The translations under genes and the position numbers were made by a program. Below are positions 36,914-45,909 of a DNA stretch of 64,000 nt, piece after piece; the stretch's first letter is position 1, and every line of letters begins with the position of its first letter. The notes under the pieces were generated by a model, which had not been told where the DNA came from, searched no databases, and saw only the letters and a program-made list of their open reading frames with translations. Source of the DNA: Candidatus Hydrothermarchaeum profundi (GTDB lineage Archaea; Hydrothermarchaeota; Hydrothermarchaeia; Hydrothermarchaeales; Hydrothermarchaeaceae); NCBI GenBank assembly GCA_002011125.2, contig MTMF02000008.1, forward strand, positions 1 to 64,000. The letters run 5' to 3'.

Positions 36914-37825
36914 ATGGAGATAAAATATGACTCTAGGCTTGTGGAGAATGTTGTAGTAGAAATAATTCGTCGAAAGGAAAAAGAGGGAGATTATGAACTT
37001 AGTGAATATTATCATCGAATCGCGGACCAAATTTACGATGCTCCAAAAAAAGATAGAGAAGATGAATTTAAAAAACTTCATCTAAGCATTTTCATGCGAT
37101 TAGGCTTAAATGAGGTTATAAACGAAGTAGTTGGAGAATTTCCGCAGTTGAGCAAAATAGATGAAATGGTGATATTGGAGGCTAATACCACAGAGGAAGC
37201 AGATTTACTAGTTAGTGAGAAAGGACAAAAAAGAATAGTAATAAAACTTCCTCCAGAAGGATTTCTCAGTTCACATCTTCTTTCTAGGTTTATGCGTCAT
37301 GAACTTATGCATATATCGGATATCCTTGATGAGGAGTTCGGTTATAAAAAAGAAAAATTTTCTAATTCTTTAGCAAATGAAATCGTGATTAAAGAGAAAT
37401 ATAAGTTACTCTGGGATATTTATGTAGACTCTCGTTTAATCTCATGTGGAAAAGAAACGATAGCTGATAAAAGTTTACGATATAAGGAATTCAATAAGAT
37501 TTTTCAAAAAATTCCAGAGGAGTACAGAGAAAGAGTCTTTAACTCTCTTTGGAATTCTAAGAAGTTAACTCATAATGAAATCTTAAGTTTATCGAAAGAA
37601 CCGCGGAAACTCCTTGAAAGGTCTGGTATAAGTTCCAAGGGAATTCTCTTAAGAGGTACACCATGTCCCCTCTGCGGATTTCCCACATATAATTGGTTTG
37701 AAAATCTAAGCGAATTTCGAGATGTTATAGCTGCTATAAAAGAAGACTTTCCGGAGTGGGACCAGGATGATGGAGCTTGTGATAGATGCGTGGAATTGTA
37801 TAGTTTGCAAGTTAGGGGGTTCTAA
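36914..37825 (+). CDS. Hypothetical protein with HExxH motif and C-terminal Cys4 cluster
   Basis: MRHELMHISD; LWDIYVDSRL; CPLCGFPT...CDRC; located between the chaperone and nxrA. Confidence 0.7.
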   Translation: MEIKYDSRLVENVVVEIIRRKEKEGDYELSEYYHRIADQIYDAPKKDREDEFKKLHLSIFMRLGLNEVINEVVGEFPQLSKIDEMVILEANTTEEADLLVSEKGQKRIVIKLPPEGFLSSHLLSRFMRHELMHISDILDEEFGYKKEKFSNSLANEIVIKEKYKLLWDIYVDSRLISCGKETIADKSLRYKEFNKIFQKIPEEYRERVFNSLWNSKKLTHNEILSLSKEPRKLLERSGISSKGILLRGTPCPLCGFPTYNWFENLSEFRDVIAAIKEDFPEWDQDDGACDRCVELYSLQVRGF

Positions 37826-37848
37826 AGTTGAAAAAGGAGGCTAAAGAA

Positions 37849-40800
37849 ATGGCATTAACTAGAAGAAAATTTTTAAAGATGAGTGTAGCAACCGCTGCAG
37901 CAGCTATGGGATTAGGGAAAAAAGGGCTATCTTTAACCATTCTTGAACCTGTACGGGTTGATAATCCATTAGAGTCTTATCCAGATAGAAACTGGGAGAA
38001 AGTTTACCTTGATCAATATAAATATGATTCTACCTTCACCTACATATGTTCTCCAAATGACACTCATGCTTGCAGAGTTAAAGCCTTCGTTAGAAATGGA
38101 GTGATAGTGAGGGTAGAGCAAAACTATGACGTGCAGAAATATAAGGATCTATATGGAAATCAAGCAACAGTGCATTGGAATCCTAGAATGTGTCTCAAAG
38201 GATACACATTTCACCGCAAGGTATATGGGCCCTATCGCCTTAAAAAGCCCTTGATAAGGAAAGGGTGGAAGGAGTGGGCGGACGATGGTTTTCCTGAACT
38301 TACTCCAGAGAATAAGAAAAAATATAAATTTGATTCTAGGGGAACTGATGAACTTCTTCAGATAGACTGGGAAAGCGCATTTGAATATGCAGCTAGGGGG
38401 ATCATAGCCATAGCAAAGAGATACAGCGGGGAAGAAGGAGCTAAAAAATTATTAGCTCAAGGATATGCACCAGAAATGGTAAAGGAGATGGGGGGGGCTG
38501 GAACTAGGACTATAAAATGTCGTGGAGGAATGGGTCTTTTAGGCGCCATAGGAAAATACGGGATGTATAGGTTTTCCAACATGTTGGCATTACTGGATTC
38601 TCATATTCGGGGCGTCGGTCCAGATGAAGCCAAAGGCGGACGCAATTGGGATAATTATACATGGCATGGTGATCAGGCTCCTGGTCATCCGTGGGTACAT
38701 GGTTTGCAGACAAGTGAATGTGATTTCAATGACTTGAGAAATTCAAAGCTTCACATAGCTGTTGGTAAAAACCTAGTAGAAAATAAAATGCCTGAATCTC
38801 ATTTCTTCATAGAACTAATCGAACGAGGTGCCAAGGTCGTTGTTATATCACCGGACTATTGTGCTCCTAATACAAAAGCAGATTATTGGATACCAGTGAG
38901 ACCTAATTCAGACACGGCTTTATTCTTAGGGATTACTAAAATATTGATGGATAACAAGTGGTATGATGAAAAATTTGTTAAAAAATTCACTGACTTCCCG
39001 TTGCTTGTTAGAACTGATACACTAAAGAGGCTGAGAGCTGACGAGGTATTTCCAAATTATGTGAACCAAGATATTTCCAATGGCGTAATGATGAGGGTCA
39101 TGGGGTTAACAAAGGAACAAAGGGATAAAATAGGAGATAGAGTGATATGGGACAAAAATACTAATGGACTCAAAGCCATATCCCCTGAGGACGTGGGTAA
39201 AAAACTTGAAGAGAAAAACATCGATCCTGACTTAGAGTGGAAGGGCAAGGTAAAACTCGTTGATGGATCTGAAGTAGAAGTAATGACTCTCTGGGAGATG
39301 TACAAAGTTCATTTAAGAGACTATGATATCGATACAGTAGCTGAAATAACACAAGCCCCAAAAGATCTAATTATGAAATTAGCAAAGGACATTGCTACAA
39401 TTAAGCCTGTGGCTATACATGTTGGTGAAGGAATAAATCATTGGTTCCATGCAACAGAGGTCAATAGAGCTACATATCTCCCTCTTATGTTAACAGGTAA
39501 TATAGGAATCCATGGTGCAGGAAGTCATACTTGGGCAGGAAATTACAAGGCAGCTTTATGGCAGGGAAGTTCATGGTCTGGTCCTGGATTTCTTGGTTGG
39601 ATTAAAGAAGATCCGTTTAATCCTAACTTAGATCCTAATGCAAAGGCAAAGGACTTAAAAATAAGGGGCACCGTCAAGGGAGAGGCAATTGCTTATTGGA
39701 ACCATGGCGACACACCTCTGGTAGTAGAGACACCGAAATATGGTAGGAAAGTGTTTACAGGCAAAACAGCTATGCCTACGCCAACAAAGGTTATCTGGAC
39801 TACAAATGTCAATTTGTTAAACAACGCAAAACACGCCTATGACATGCTTTTCAATGTAAATAATAATGTTGAGCTTATAATGCAAAATGAGATTATAATG
39901 ACCTCTAGTGTAGAATACGGAGATATAACTTTTCCAGCTAACTCTTGGGTTGAATCACAGGCATATGAGGTACATGTAAGTTGTTCTAATCCTTTTCTAC
40001 AAATTTGGAAAGGAGGAATAAAGCCCCTCTATGATTCTAAGGACGATGTCAGAATATTAGCAGAGGTAGCTAGGGCAATTGGCCGAGAACTTAATGACAA
40101 GCGCTTCGAAGATTACTGGAAGTTTGCACTAGAGGGGAGGGAAGAGGTATATATAAATCGCTTACTTGACGGTTCTGCAACAACCCATGGATATACAGTG
40201 GAGGATATCATAGCAGGAAAATATGGAGAGCCTGGAGCAGCTTTAATGTTATTTAGGACTTATCCTAGAGTTGCATTTTATGAACAAATTCATGATAGCT
40301 GGCCATTTTACACGGATACAGGAAGGCTACATGCCTACTCAGATATCCCAGAAGCAATTGAATATGGAGAAAATTTTGTGGTACATAGAGAAGGACCAGA
40401 AGCAACCCCATATCAACCAAATGTAATAGTAAGCAATAACCCCTATATTCGTCCTGATGATTACGGCTTGCCTGACGATGCTAAACACTGGGATGAGCGC
40501 ACAGTGTTGAATAAAAAGATGCCATGGAGTAAAGTAAAAAACACAAAGAACTTCCTCTGGGAAAAAGGCTATAAATTTTATTGCATTACCCCCAAGACTC
40601 GACATCGTGTGCATTCTTCGTGGAGTGATGTTGACTGGCATATGATATGGGATTCTAACTTTGGGGATCCTTATAGGATGGATAAACGAACTCCTGGTGT
40701 TGGCGAACATCAGATCCATATTAATCCTATTGCTGCTAGGGACTTGGGATTAAATGATGGAGACTATGTTTATGTGGACGCTAATCCAGCGGACCGACCA

Positions 40801-41295
40801 TATCGTGGTGCTAAAAGCAATGACCCAAGATATAGGGTGGCGAGAGCCATGCTCAGAGTTAAGTATAACCCTGCGTTTCCTTATCACTTTACAATGATGA
40901 AGCATGGAGCTTTTATAGCTACCGAAAAAAGCGTGGATGCTCATGAAACTCGCAGCGATGGACGTGCCTTATCCAAGGGCACTGGATATCAGGCAAACTT
41001 CAGATATGGTAGCCATCAAAGTATTACTCGCGACTGGTCAATGCCGATGCATCAGACCGATTCTCTTTTCCATAAAAAGAAGGCCGTTATGGGTTTCATG
41101 TTTGGTAGCGAGTCTGATAATCACGCTATAAATACAGTTCCAAAAGAGACCTTAGTGAAAATATCTAAAGCAGAAGACGGAGGTCTAGGTGGAATAGGAA
41201 TCTGGGAACCAGCTACTACAGGTTTTTCTCCAGCTAATGAGAGTGAGTTTATGAAAAAATACTTGAGGGGGGATCTAATAAATGTTAAGAGGTGA
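37849..41295 (+). CDS. nxrA: Nitrite oxidoreductase/nitrate reductase alpha (Mo-bisPGD) subunit, Tat-exported anammox/Nitrospira type
   Basis: RBS AAGGAGG; Tat motif TRRKFLK; NPLESYPDRNWEKVY; FS0 motif CSPNDTHAC-x39-C; Mo-ligand Asp in YTWHGDQAPGHP; TPKTRHRVHS; WSMPMHQTDSLFHK; NTVPKETLV. Confidence 0.93.
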   Translation: MALTRRKFLKMSVATAAAAMGLGKKGLSLTILEPVRVDNPLESYPDRNWEKVYLDQYKYDSTFTYICSPNDTHACRVKAFVRNGVIVRVEQNYDVQKYKDLYGNQATVHWNPRMCLKGYTFHRKVYGPYRLKKPLIRKGWKEWADDGFPELTPENKKKYKFDSRGTDELLQIDWESAFEYAARGIIAIAKRYSGEEGAKKLLAQGYAPEMVKEMGGAGTRTIKCRGGMGLLGAIGKYGMYRFSNMLALLDSHIRGVGPDEAKGGRNWDNYTWHGDQAPGHPWVHGLQTSECDFNDLRNSKLHIAVGKNLVENKMPESHFFIELIERGAKVVVISPDYCAPNTKADYWIPVRPNSDTALFLGITKILMDNKWYDEKFVKKFTDFPLLVRTDTLKRLRADEVFPNYVNQDISNGVMMRVMGLTKEQRDKIGDRVIWDKNTNGLKAISPEDVGKKLEEKNIDPDLEWKGKVKLVDGSEVEVMTLWEMYKVHLRDYDIDTVAEITQAPKDLIMKLAKDIATIKPVAIHVGEGINHWFHATEVNRATYLPLMLTGNIGIHGAGSHTWAGNYKAALWQGSSWSGPGFLGWIKEDPFNPNLDPNAKAKDLKIRGTVKGEAIAYWNHGDTPLVVETPKYGRKVFTGKTAMPTPTKVIWTTNVNLLNNAKHAYDMLFNVNNNVELIMQNEIIMTSSVEYGDITFPANSWVESQAYEVHVSCSNPFLQIWKGGIKPLYDSKDDVRILAEVARAIGRELNDKRFEDYWKFALEGREEVYINRLLDGSATTHGYTVEDIIAGKYGEPGAALMLFRTYPRVAFYEQIHDSWPFYTDTGRLHAYSDIPEAIEYGENFVVHREGPEATPYQPNVIVSNNPYIRPDDYGLPDDAKHWDERTVLNKKMPWSKVKNTKNFLWEKGYKFYCITPKTRHRVHSSWSDVDWHMIWDSNFGDPYRMDKRTPGVGEHQIHINPIAARDLGLNDGDYVYVDANPADRPYRGAKSNDPRYRVARAMLRVKYNPAFPYHFTMMKHGAFIATEKSVDAHETRSDGRALSKGTGYQANFRYGSHQSITRDWSMPMHQTDSLFHKKKAVMGFMFGSESDNHAINTVPKETLVKISKAEDGGLGGIGIWEPATTGFSPANESEFMKKYLRGDLINVKR

Positions 41296-41299
41296 ACTC

Positions 41300-42253
41300 A
41301 TGAATCGCAAGGGTATTTTAGCTTTTGGAGTCGTCTTTCTTATATCATTAACTTTAACATTTTTAAATATCAAAATTGCAAATTCTCAGGGAATTATACT
41401 TGAAGCTAAATATGTCGAGCATATCTCTATCGATAATATTAATGATCCAGTCTGGGATGAAGCAGTGCCTGTAATAGTGCCTCTTAGTGCTCAGTCGAGA
41501 ATAACAGCTCCGCGGGGAGGTGGAGCAATTAAATCCCTAACTGCTAGAGCACTTCATGATGGAGAGGCGATATATCTTAAACTCACTTGGAAAGATGATA
41601 CTGAAGATGTAAGCTTTTTGAGACAAGAAGATTTCAGAGATTCTGTCGCGGTTCAATTTCCAGTGAAATTAGATAATGGAAAGTTACCTTCTGTGTGTAT
41701 GGGACAACTTGGAGCAGCTGGCAACATATGGCATTGGAAGGCAGATTGGAACGAGGAATACTTAAATGGGTTCAAAGATATTGATAATGTGTATCCAAAT
41801 ATGATGGTGAATTTTTATCCAAGAGAAGAAGAGGAGATATTCTATCCTGCAAAATCTGTCGGAAATCTTTATTCTGTAGATAAACGGACAACCCCTGTTG
41901 AAAATCTAATTTCTACTGAATACGGTACAATAACTCCCTCAGCTGAACAGAATGTAATAGGAAAGGGAGAGTGGAAAAATGGAGAATGGACTGTTGTTAT
42001 GAGTCGATCCTTTACGACACCTTACGAAAGCGATGCACAATTTGGAGTGGGAAAGAGAACAGCTATCTCCTTTGCAGCATGGGACGGCTCTGCTGGGGAA
42101 AGAGATGGCTTGAAGTCTACGTCTACATGGATAGACCTTGAGATATCTGAACCCCTACCACAAAAATCTCCTTTGGATACGATAGTCGTATTTACACTAT
42201 TTGCAGCGATTGTGATTTTTGTTGTATTTATAATAATTAGAACTGTTACATGA
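41300..42253 (+). CDS. nxrC: Heme b gamma subunit (EbdC/NxrC family) with N- and C-terminal hydrophobic anchors
   Basis: ARALHDGEAIYLKLTWKD, FRDSVAVQFP, candidate Met ligand in VCMGQ, NIWHWKADW, FAAWDGSAGERDGLK (candidate Lys ligand); C-terminal TM. Confidence 0.82.
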   Translation: MNRKGILAFGVVFLISLTLTFLNIKIANSQGIILEAKYVEHISIDNINDPVWDEAVPVIVPLSAQSRITAPRGGGAIKSLTARALHDGEAIYLKLTWKDDTEDVSFLRQEDFRDSVAVQFPVKLDNGKLPSVCMGQLGAAGNIWHWKADWNEEYLNGFKDIDNVYPNMMVNFYPREEEEIFYPAKSVGNLYSVDKRTTPVENLISTEYGTITPSAEQNVIGKGEWKNGEWTVVMSRSFTTPYESDAQFGVGKRTAISFAAWDGSAGERDGLKSTSTWIDLEISEPLPQKSPLDTIVVFTLFAAIVIFVVFIIIRTVT

Positions 42254-42262
42254 GGAAGGAAC

Positions 42263-42505
42263 ATGGTTGATGAAAAAAGTGTAGCTGAAATTTTACATAA
42301 GGAGTTCTCAGGGATAGTGGATGAAGATAAGATAAATAAAATTGCTAAGCAAATTGTTGAGTTAGAAGAAGAATGGGAAGAACTTAAGATAGTTGATAAA
42401 GAAATGGGCTGGCGGTTTTCAGTTCAATGCCCAGATATATGTTATCTTGGAGAAAAAGCTAAGGAGGGTGATGTGTTTAAAATTTTAAGAAAAAAGAGAA
42501 AGTAA
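42263..42505 (+). CDS. Small hypothetical protein in the nxr operon
   Basis: RBS-like GAGGAAGG; 80 aa with CPDIC. Confidence 0.6.
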   Translation: MVDEKSVAEILHKEFSGIVDEDKINKIAKQIVELEEEWEELKIVDKEMGWRFSVQCPDICYLGEKAKEGDVFKILRKKRK

Positions 42506-42547
42506 AATATTCTCCTCTTATTTCAAAGGTAGGAACTCTGCAGGGGT

Positions 42548-43315
42548 GTGATAAAGATATATTTAAGCCGTTCATGTGTTACATTATTTATTGTTGGCAT
42601 TGTTATTAGTGCCATATTTGGGTATTCTGTAAGTTATAGTGAGGTCTCTTCTATAAAACAAGAGATGGAAAAAGTGAAAGCTGAAAATAGAGAACTCGAA
42701 GCAAGGATACAGGCCGGATTCAGAGTTTTTTCGGAGTTAGAGAGAATGTCGTATACCCTCAGCCAGATAAGAGTGGCTCTTTTATTGGGTGACTATGAAG
42801 TAGCTACTTTTAGGGCTAATCAATTTAAGGAATCTGCGACAGGACTTTCTAAATATTTAAAACCTGAATATACTACTACCCTGGAGGAGCTAGTAGATGG
42901 GTTAATTGTTGCTATAGAGGAGGGAAATGAAGAAGCAATTGAGGAGAGATCTAGAGCTCTCTTTCTCCTAGTGCAAATATTAGAGTCAGAATTTGGTGTT
43001 AGAGAAGACGTAGAGTTAATAGGGGAGATAGATATCAAGAATAATATGAGAAGGATGAATCATGAACTTGCTAGAATACTCTCTGCTTTGGATGAGGATA
43101 ACTATAACATGACAAAAGAGGCGTTTAATGATTTCAAAAAAATATATATGGCTTTATCTGAAACAACTCCTGAAGCATGGGATCCTTATTTTAGAACTGA
43201 TATTGTATTTGAAATTGAAAAAAGCATTATAGAAAAAGACAAAAATAATTCATTAGAAGCTCTTAATAAACTTTCAGAAAAGAGTTGTGATAAGTGTCAT
43301 ACAAAATATCGTTGA
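42548..43315 (+). CDS. Membrane-anchored helical-bundle monoheme cytochrome c (class II type)
   Basis: N-terminal TM and coiled coil; two helical-bundle repeats; single CDKCH four residues from the C-terminus. Confidence 0.75.
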   Translation: MIKIYLSRSCVTLFIVGIVISAIFGYSVSYSEVSSIKQEMEKVKAENRELEARIQAGFRVFSELERMSYTLSQIRVALLLGDYEVATFRANQFKESATGLSKYLKPEYTTTLEELVDGLIVAIEEGNEEAIEERSRALFLLVQILESEFGVREDVELIGEIDIKNNMRRMNHELARILSALDEDNYNMTKEAFNDFKKIYMALSETTPEAWDPYFRTDIVFEIEKSIIEKDKNNSLEALNKLSEKSCDKCHTKYR

Positions 43316-43344
43316 CTCATATTCCTTGGCATAAATGATAAAAA

Positions 43345-43908
43345 GTGATGGAAATTAAGGCGACAGAGCAATTAAAAGAAGAACATAAGGTTATTAAACT
43401 GATGTTGCAGGTTTTAATAAAGATTTGTGAAAAACTAGAGTCGGGTGAAAAGGTTCCTATAGAACACCTTAATAAAATAGTGGATTTTATTAGAACATTT
43501 GCGGATAAATGTCATCATGGAAAGGAAGAAGACCTCCTTTTTCCGGCAATGGAAAAATCCGGCGTGCCTAGAGAGGAGGGTCCGATTGGCGTAATGTTGG
43601 CGGAGCATGATAATGGGCGGAAATATGTTAAGAATATGGATGAGGCTATTTCTAGATATGGGAGAGGGGATAATACTGCGATACCTGACATAATAGCGAA
43701 TGCAGAGGGATACATCAATCTTCTAGCTCAGCACATTGAGAAGGAAGACAATATACTTTACAAATTAGCAGATATGCATCTCCCCATGGAGAGGCAGGAA
43801 GAATTACTCAAAGAATTCGAAAAAATTGAGCGGGAAAGAATTGGTATTGGGAAGCATGAGGAATTTCACGAATTAATACATCAATTAAGGGATATATACT
43901 TACAATAA
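43345..43908 (+). CDS. Hemerythrin/HHE domain protein
   Basis: LKEEH, FADKCHHGKEEDLLFP, MLAEHDNGR, QHIEKEDNILY. Confidence 0.9.
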   Translation: MMEIKATEQLKEEHKVIKLMLQVLIKICEKLESGEKVPIEHLNKIVDFIRTFADKCHHGKEEDLLFPAMEKSGVPREEGPIGVMLAEHDNGRKYVKNMDEAISRYGRGDNTAIPDIIANAEGYINLLAQHIEKEDNILYKLADMHLPMERQEELLKEFEKIERERIGIGKHEEFHELIHQLRDIYLQ

Positions 43909-43956
43909 CTTTTAAGATTATATTTTAAGTAGTTAATAATATGTATTATCACCGAC

Positions 43957-44298
43957 ATGTCGGTTAACACACACAAAGGAATCGAGTTGGGCATGCTTCA
44001 AATGCAGATTTTATGGCTTTTATGGCGGGAGCCCACTCATGGTTATGAGTTAATGAAAAGACTTGATAAAATAAAGAATAGCAAAGTAGAGCAGGGGACT
44101 CTTTATCCAGCGCTTCAAAAATTGGAAGAGAATAATCTTATAAGAGTTAAAAGGGTAGGGGAGCGGGGTAAAAAGATATACGAACTCACTAGCAGGGGGG
44201 AGGAGATTATGATAAAAACATGTGAAGAATTCTCAAAAACTTTTTCGGGGATTTTTAGTGATTTTGTATGTAAAACATGTAAAACAGAGGTGAGATAA
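43957..44298 (+). CDS. PadR-family transcriptional regulator with C-terminal CxxC
   Basis: PTHGYEL, GTLYPALQKLE, KIYELTSRG; FVCKTCK tail; TAATG overlap with iscS. Confidence 0.88.
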   Translation: MSVNTHKGIELGMLQMQILWLLWREPTHGYELMKRLDKIKNSKVEQGTLYPALQKLEENNLIRVKRVGERGKKIYELTSRGEEIMIKTCEEFSKTFSGIFSDFVCKTCKTEVR

Positions 44299-45503
44299 TG
44301 AGGAGAGTGTATATGGATCATGCGGCGACTACACCTGTAGACCCCCGAGTTATGGAAGCAATGAAACCTTTTTTCTCAGAGAAATATGGTAACCCGTCTT
44401 CACTTTATAGTTTTGCTCAGGAAGCAAAAAAAGCGATGGAGGAGGCGAGAGAAAAGATAGCTGACCTAATTAACTCATCTTCCTCTGAAGTTATATTCAC
44501 ATCCGGTGGCACAGAGTCGGACAACTTGGCTATAAAAGGGGTTGCTTTTGCTAACAAGAAAAAGGGTAAACATATAATAACTTCATCTATAGAGCATCAC
44601 GCAGTGCTCCATCCATGTGAGTGGCTTGAAAAAATGGGTTTTGAGGTAACATATTTACCAGTTGACAATAAAGGCTTTGTTTCTGTAGATAAGTTGGAAG
44701 AGGAGATTCGCAACGATACGATCTTAATTTCAATTATGCATGCTAATAATGAAATCGGAACTATTGAACCTATAGAAGAGATAGGGAAAATAGCGAAGGA
44801 AAGAGGCATATACTTCCATACCGATGCAGTTCAAACTGTAGGAAAAATACCTGTAGACGTAGAAAAAATGAATGTAGATTTATTGACTATCTCAGGTCAT
44901 AAAATGTATGGACCAAAAGGGGTTGGGGCTCTTTATGTTCGCAAAGGCACAAAAATAACTCCTTTAATACACGGAGGGGGCCATGAACGGAATCTTAGAT
45001 CAGGTACTGAGAATGTTTCTGGTATAGTAGGATTCGGAAAGGCGGCAGAACTCGCTGCTCGAGAAATGGATAAAGAAGCAAAGAGGCTGGTAAAGCTGAG
45101 GGATAGGTTAATTGAGGGCGCCTTAAAGATCGAGAACTCTTGGTTAAATGGACCAAGGAAAAGAAGGTTGCCGAATAATGTTAACATAGGCTTTAAATTC
45201 ATAGAAGGTGAATCTTTAATTTTAGAACTCGACTTTAGCGGCATTTACGCCAATACTGGAAGTGCTTGTTCCTCAAAGTCTCTTAAACCAAGCCATGTTC
45301 TAACTGCTATTGGGTTAAGACCCGAGGAAACCCACGGGTCACTACGATTTACTCTTGGTAAACAAAATTCAGATGAAGATGTGGACTATGTATTAGAAGT
45401 ACTGCCTAATGTAGTTGAGAGATTAAGAAGAATATCCCCGTTTAAAAAAGATTTTGGGGAATATGAGGAGGCTTTAGCAAAGGAACAGTCTCATAAACAC
45501 TAG
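44298..45503 (+). CDS. iscS: Cysteine desulfurase (group I)
   Basis: YMDHAATT, FTSGGTESDN, HTDAVQ, SGHKMYGPKG (PLP Lys), RSGTEN, TGSACSS. Confidence 0.95.
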   Translation: MRRVYMDHAATTPVDPRVMEAMKPFFSEKYGNPSSLYSFAQEAKKAMEEAREKIADLINSSSSEVIFTSGGTESDNLAIKGVAFANKKKGKHIITSSIEHHAVLHPCEWLEKMGFEVTYLPVDNKGFVSVDKLEEEIRNDTILISIMHANNEIGTIEPIEEIGKIAKERGIYFHTDAVQTVGKIPVDVEKMNVDLLTISGHKMYGPKGVGALYVRKGTKITPLIHGGGHERNLRSGTENVSGIVGFGKAAELAAREMDKEAKRLVKLRDRLIEGALKIENSWLNGPRKRRLPNNVNIGFKFIEGESLILELDFSGIYANTGSACSSKSLKPSHVLTAIGLRPEETHGSLRFTLGKQNSDEDVDYVLEVLPNVVERLRRISPFKKDFGEYEEALAKEQSHKH

Positions 45504-45513
45504 GAGGAAACAT

Positions 45514-45909
45514 ATGTATAGCGACAAGTTAATAGACCATTTTCGAAATCCTAGGAACATGGGTAGAATGGAAAACCCTGATGGTATTGGAAAGGTAGGA
45601 AACCCCGTATGTGGGGATGTAATGTATCTATATATTAAGATAAAGGACAATAAGATAGACGATATCAAATTCGAGACCTTCGGATGTGCAGCGGCTATAG
45701 GTACAAGTAGTGTAATAACAGAGATGGCTAAAGGGAAAACCTTGGACGAGGCTTTAAAGATAACTAAAAAAGATGTAGTTGATGCGGTTGGAGGATTACC
45801 ACCTATCAAGATGCATTGTTCGGTATTAGCTGCTGATGCTTTACGTGCGGCAATTGAAGATTATCGTAAGAAAAAAGGTAGTGGGAATGATAAGCCAAAA
45901 GATAGTTAA
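45514..45909 (+). CDS. iscU: Fe-S cluster scaffold IscU/NifU-N
   Basis: HFRNPRNMG, GNPVCGD, FGCAAAI, LPPIKMHCS. Confidence 0.95.
   Translation: MYSDKLIDHFRNPRNMGRMENPDGIGKVGNPVCGDVMYLYIKIKDNKIDDIKFETFGCAAAIGTSSVITEMAKGKTLDEALKITKKDVVDAVGGLPPIKMHCSVLAADALRAAIEDYRKKKGSGNDKPKDS

Noticed and set aside
22627-43315. Anammox or aerobic ammonia/hydroxylamine oxidation, suggested by HAO plus NXR
   Set aside because: No hydrazine synthase or amo genes in the window. The HAO-family protein appears to lack the cross-linking Tyr region and is coupled to napA, which points to the reductive direction.
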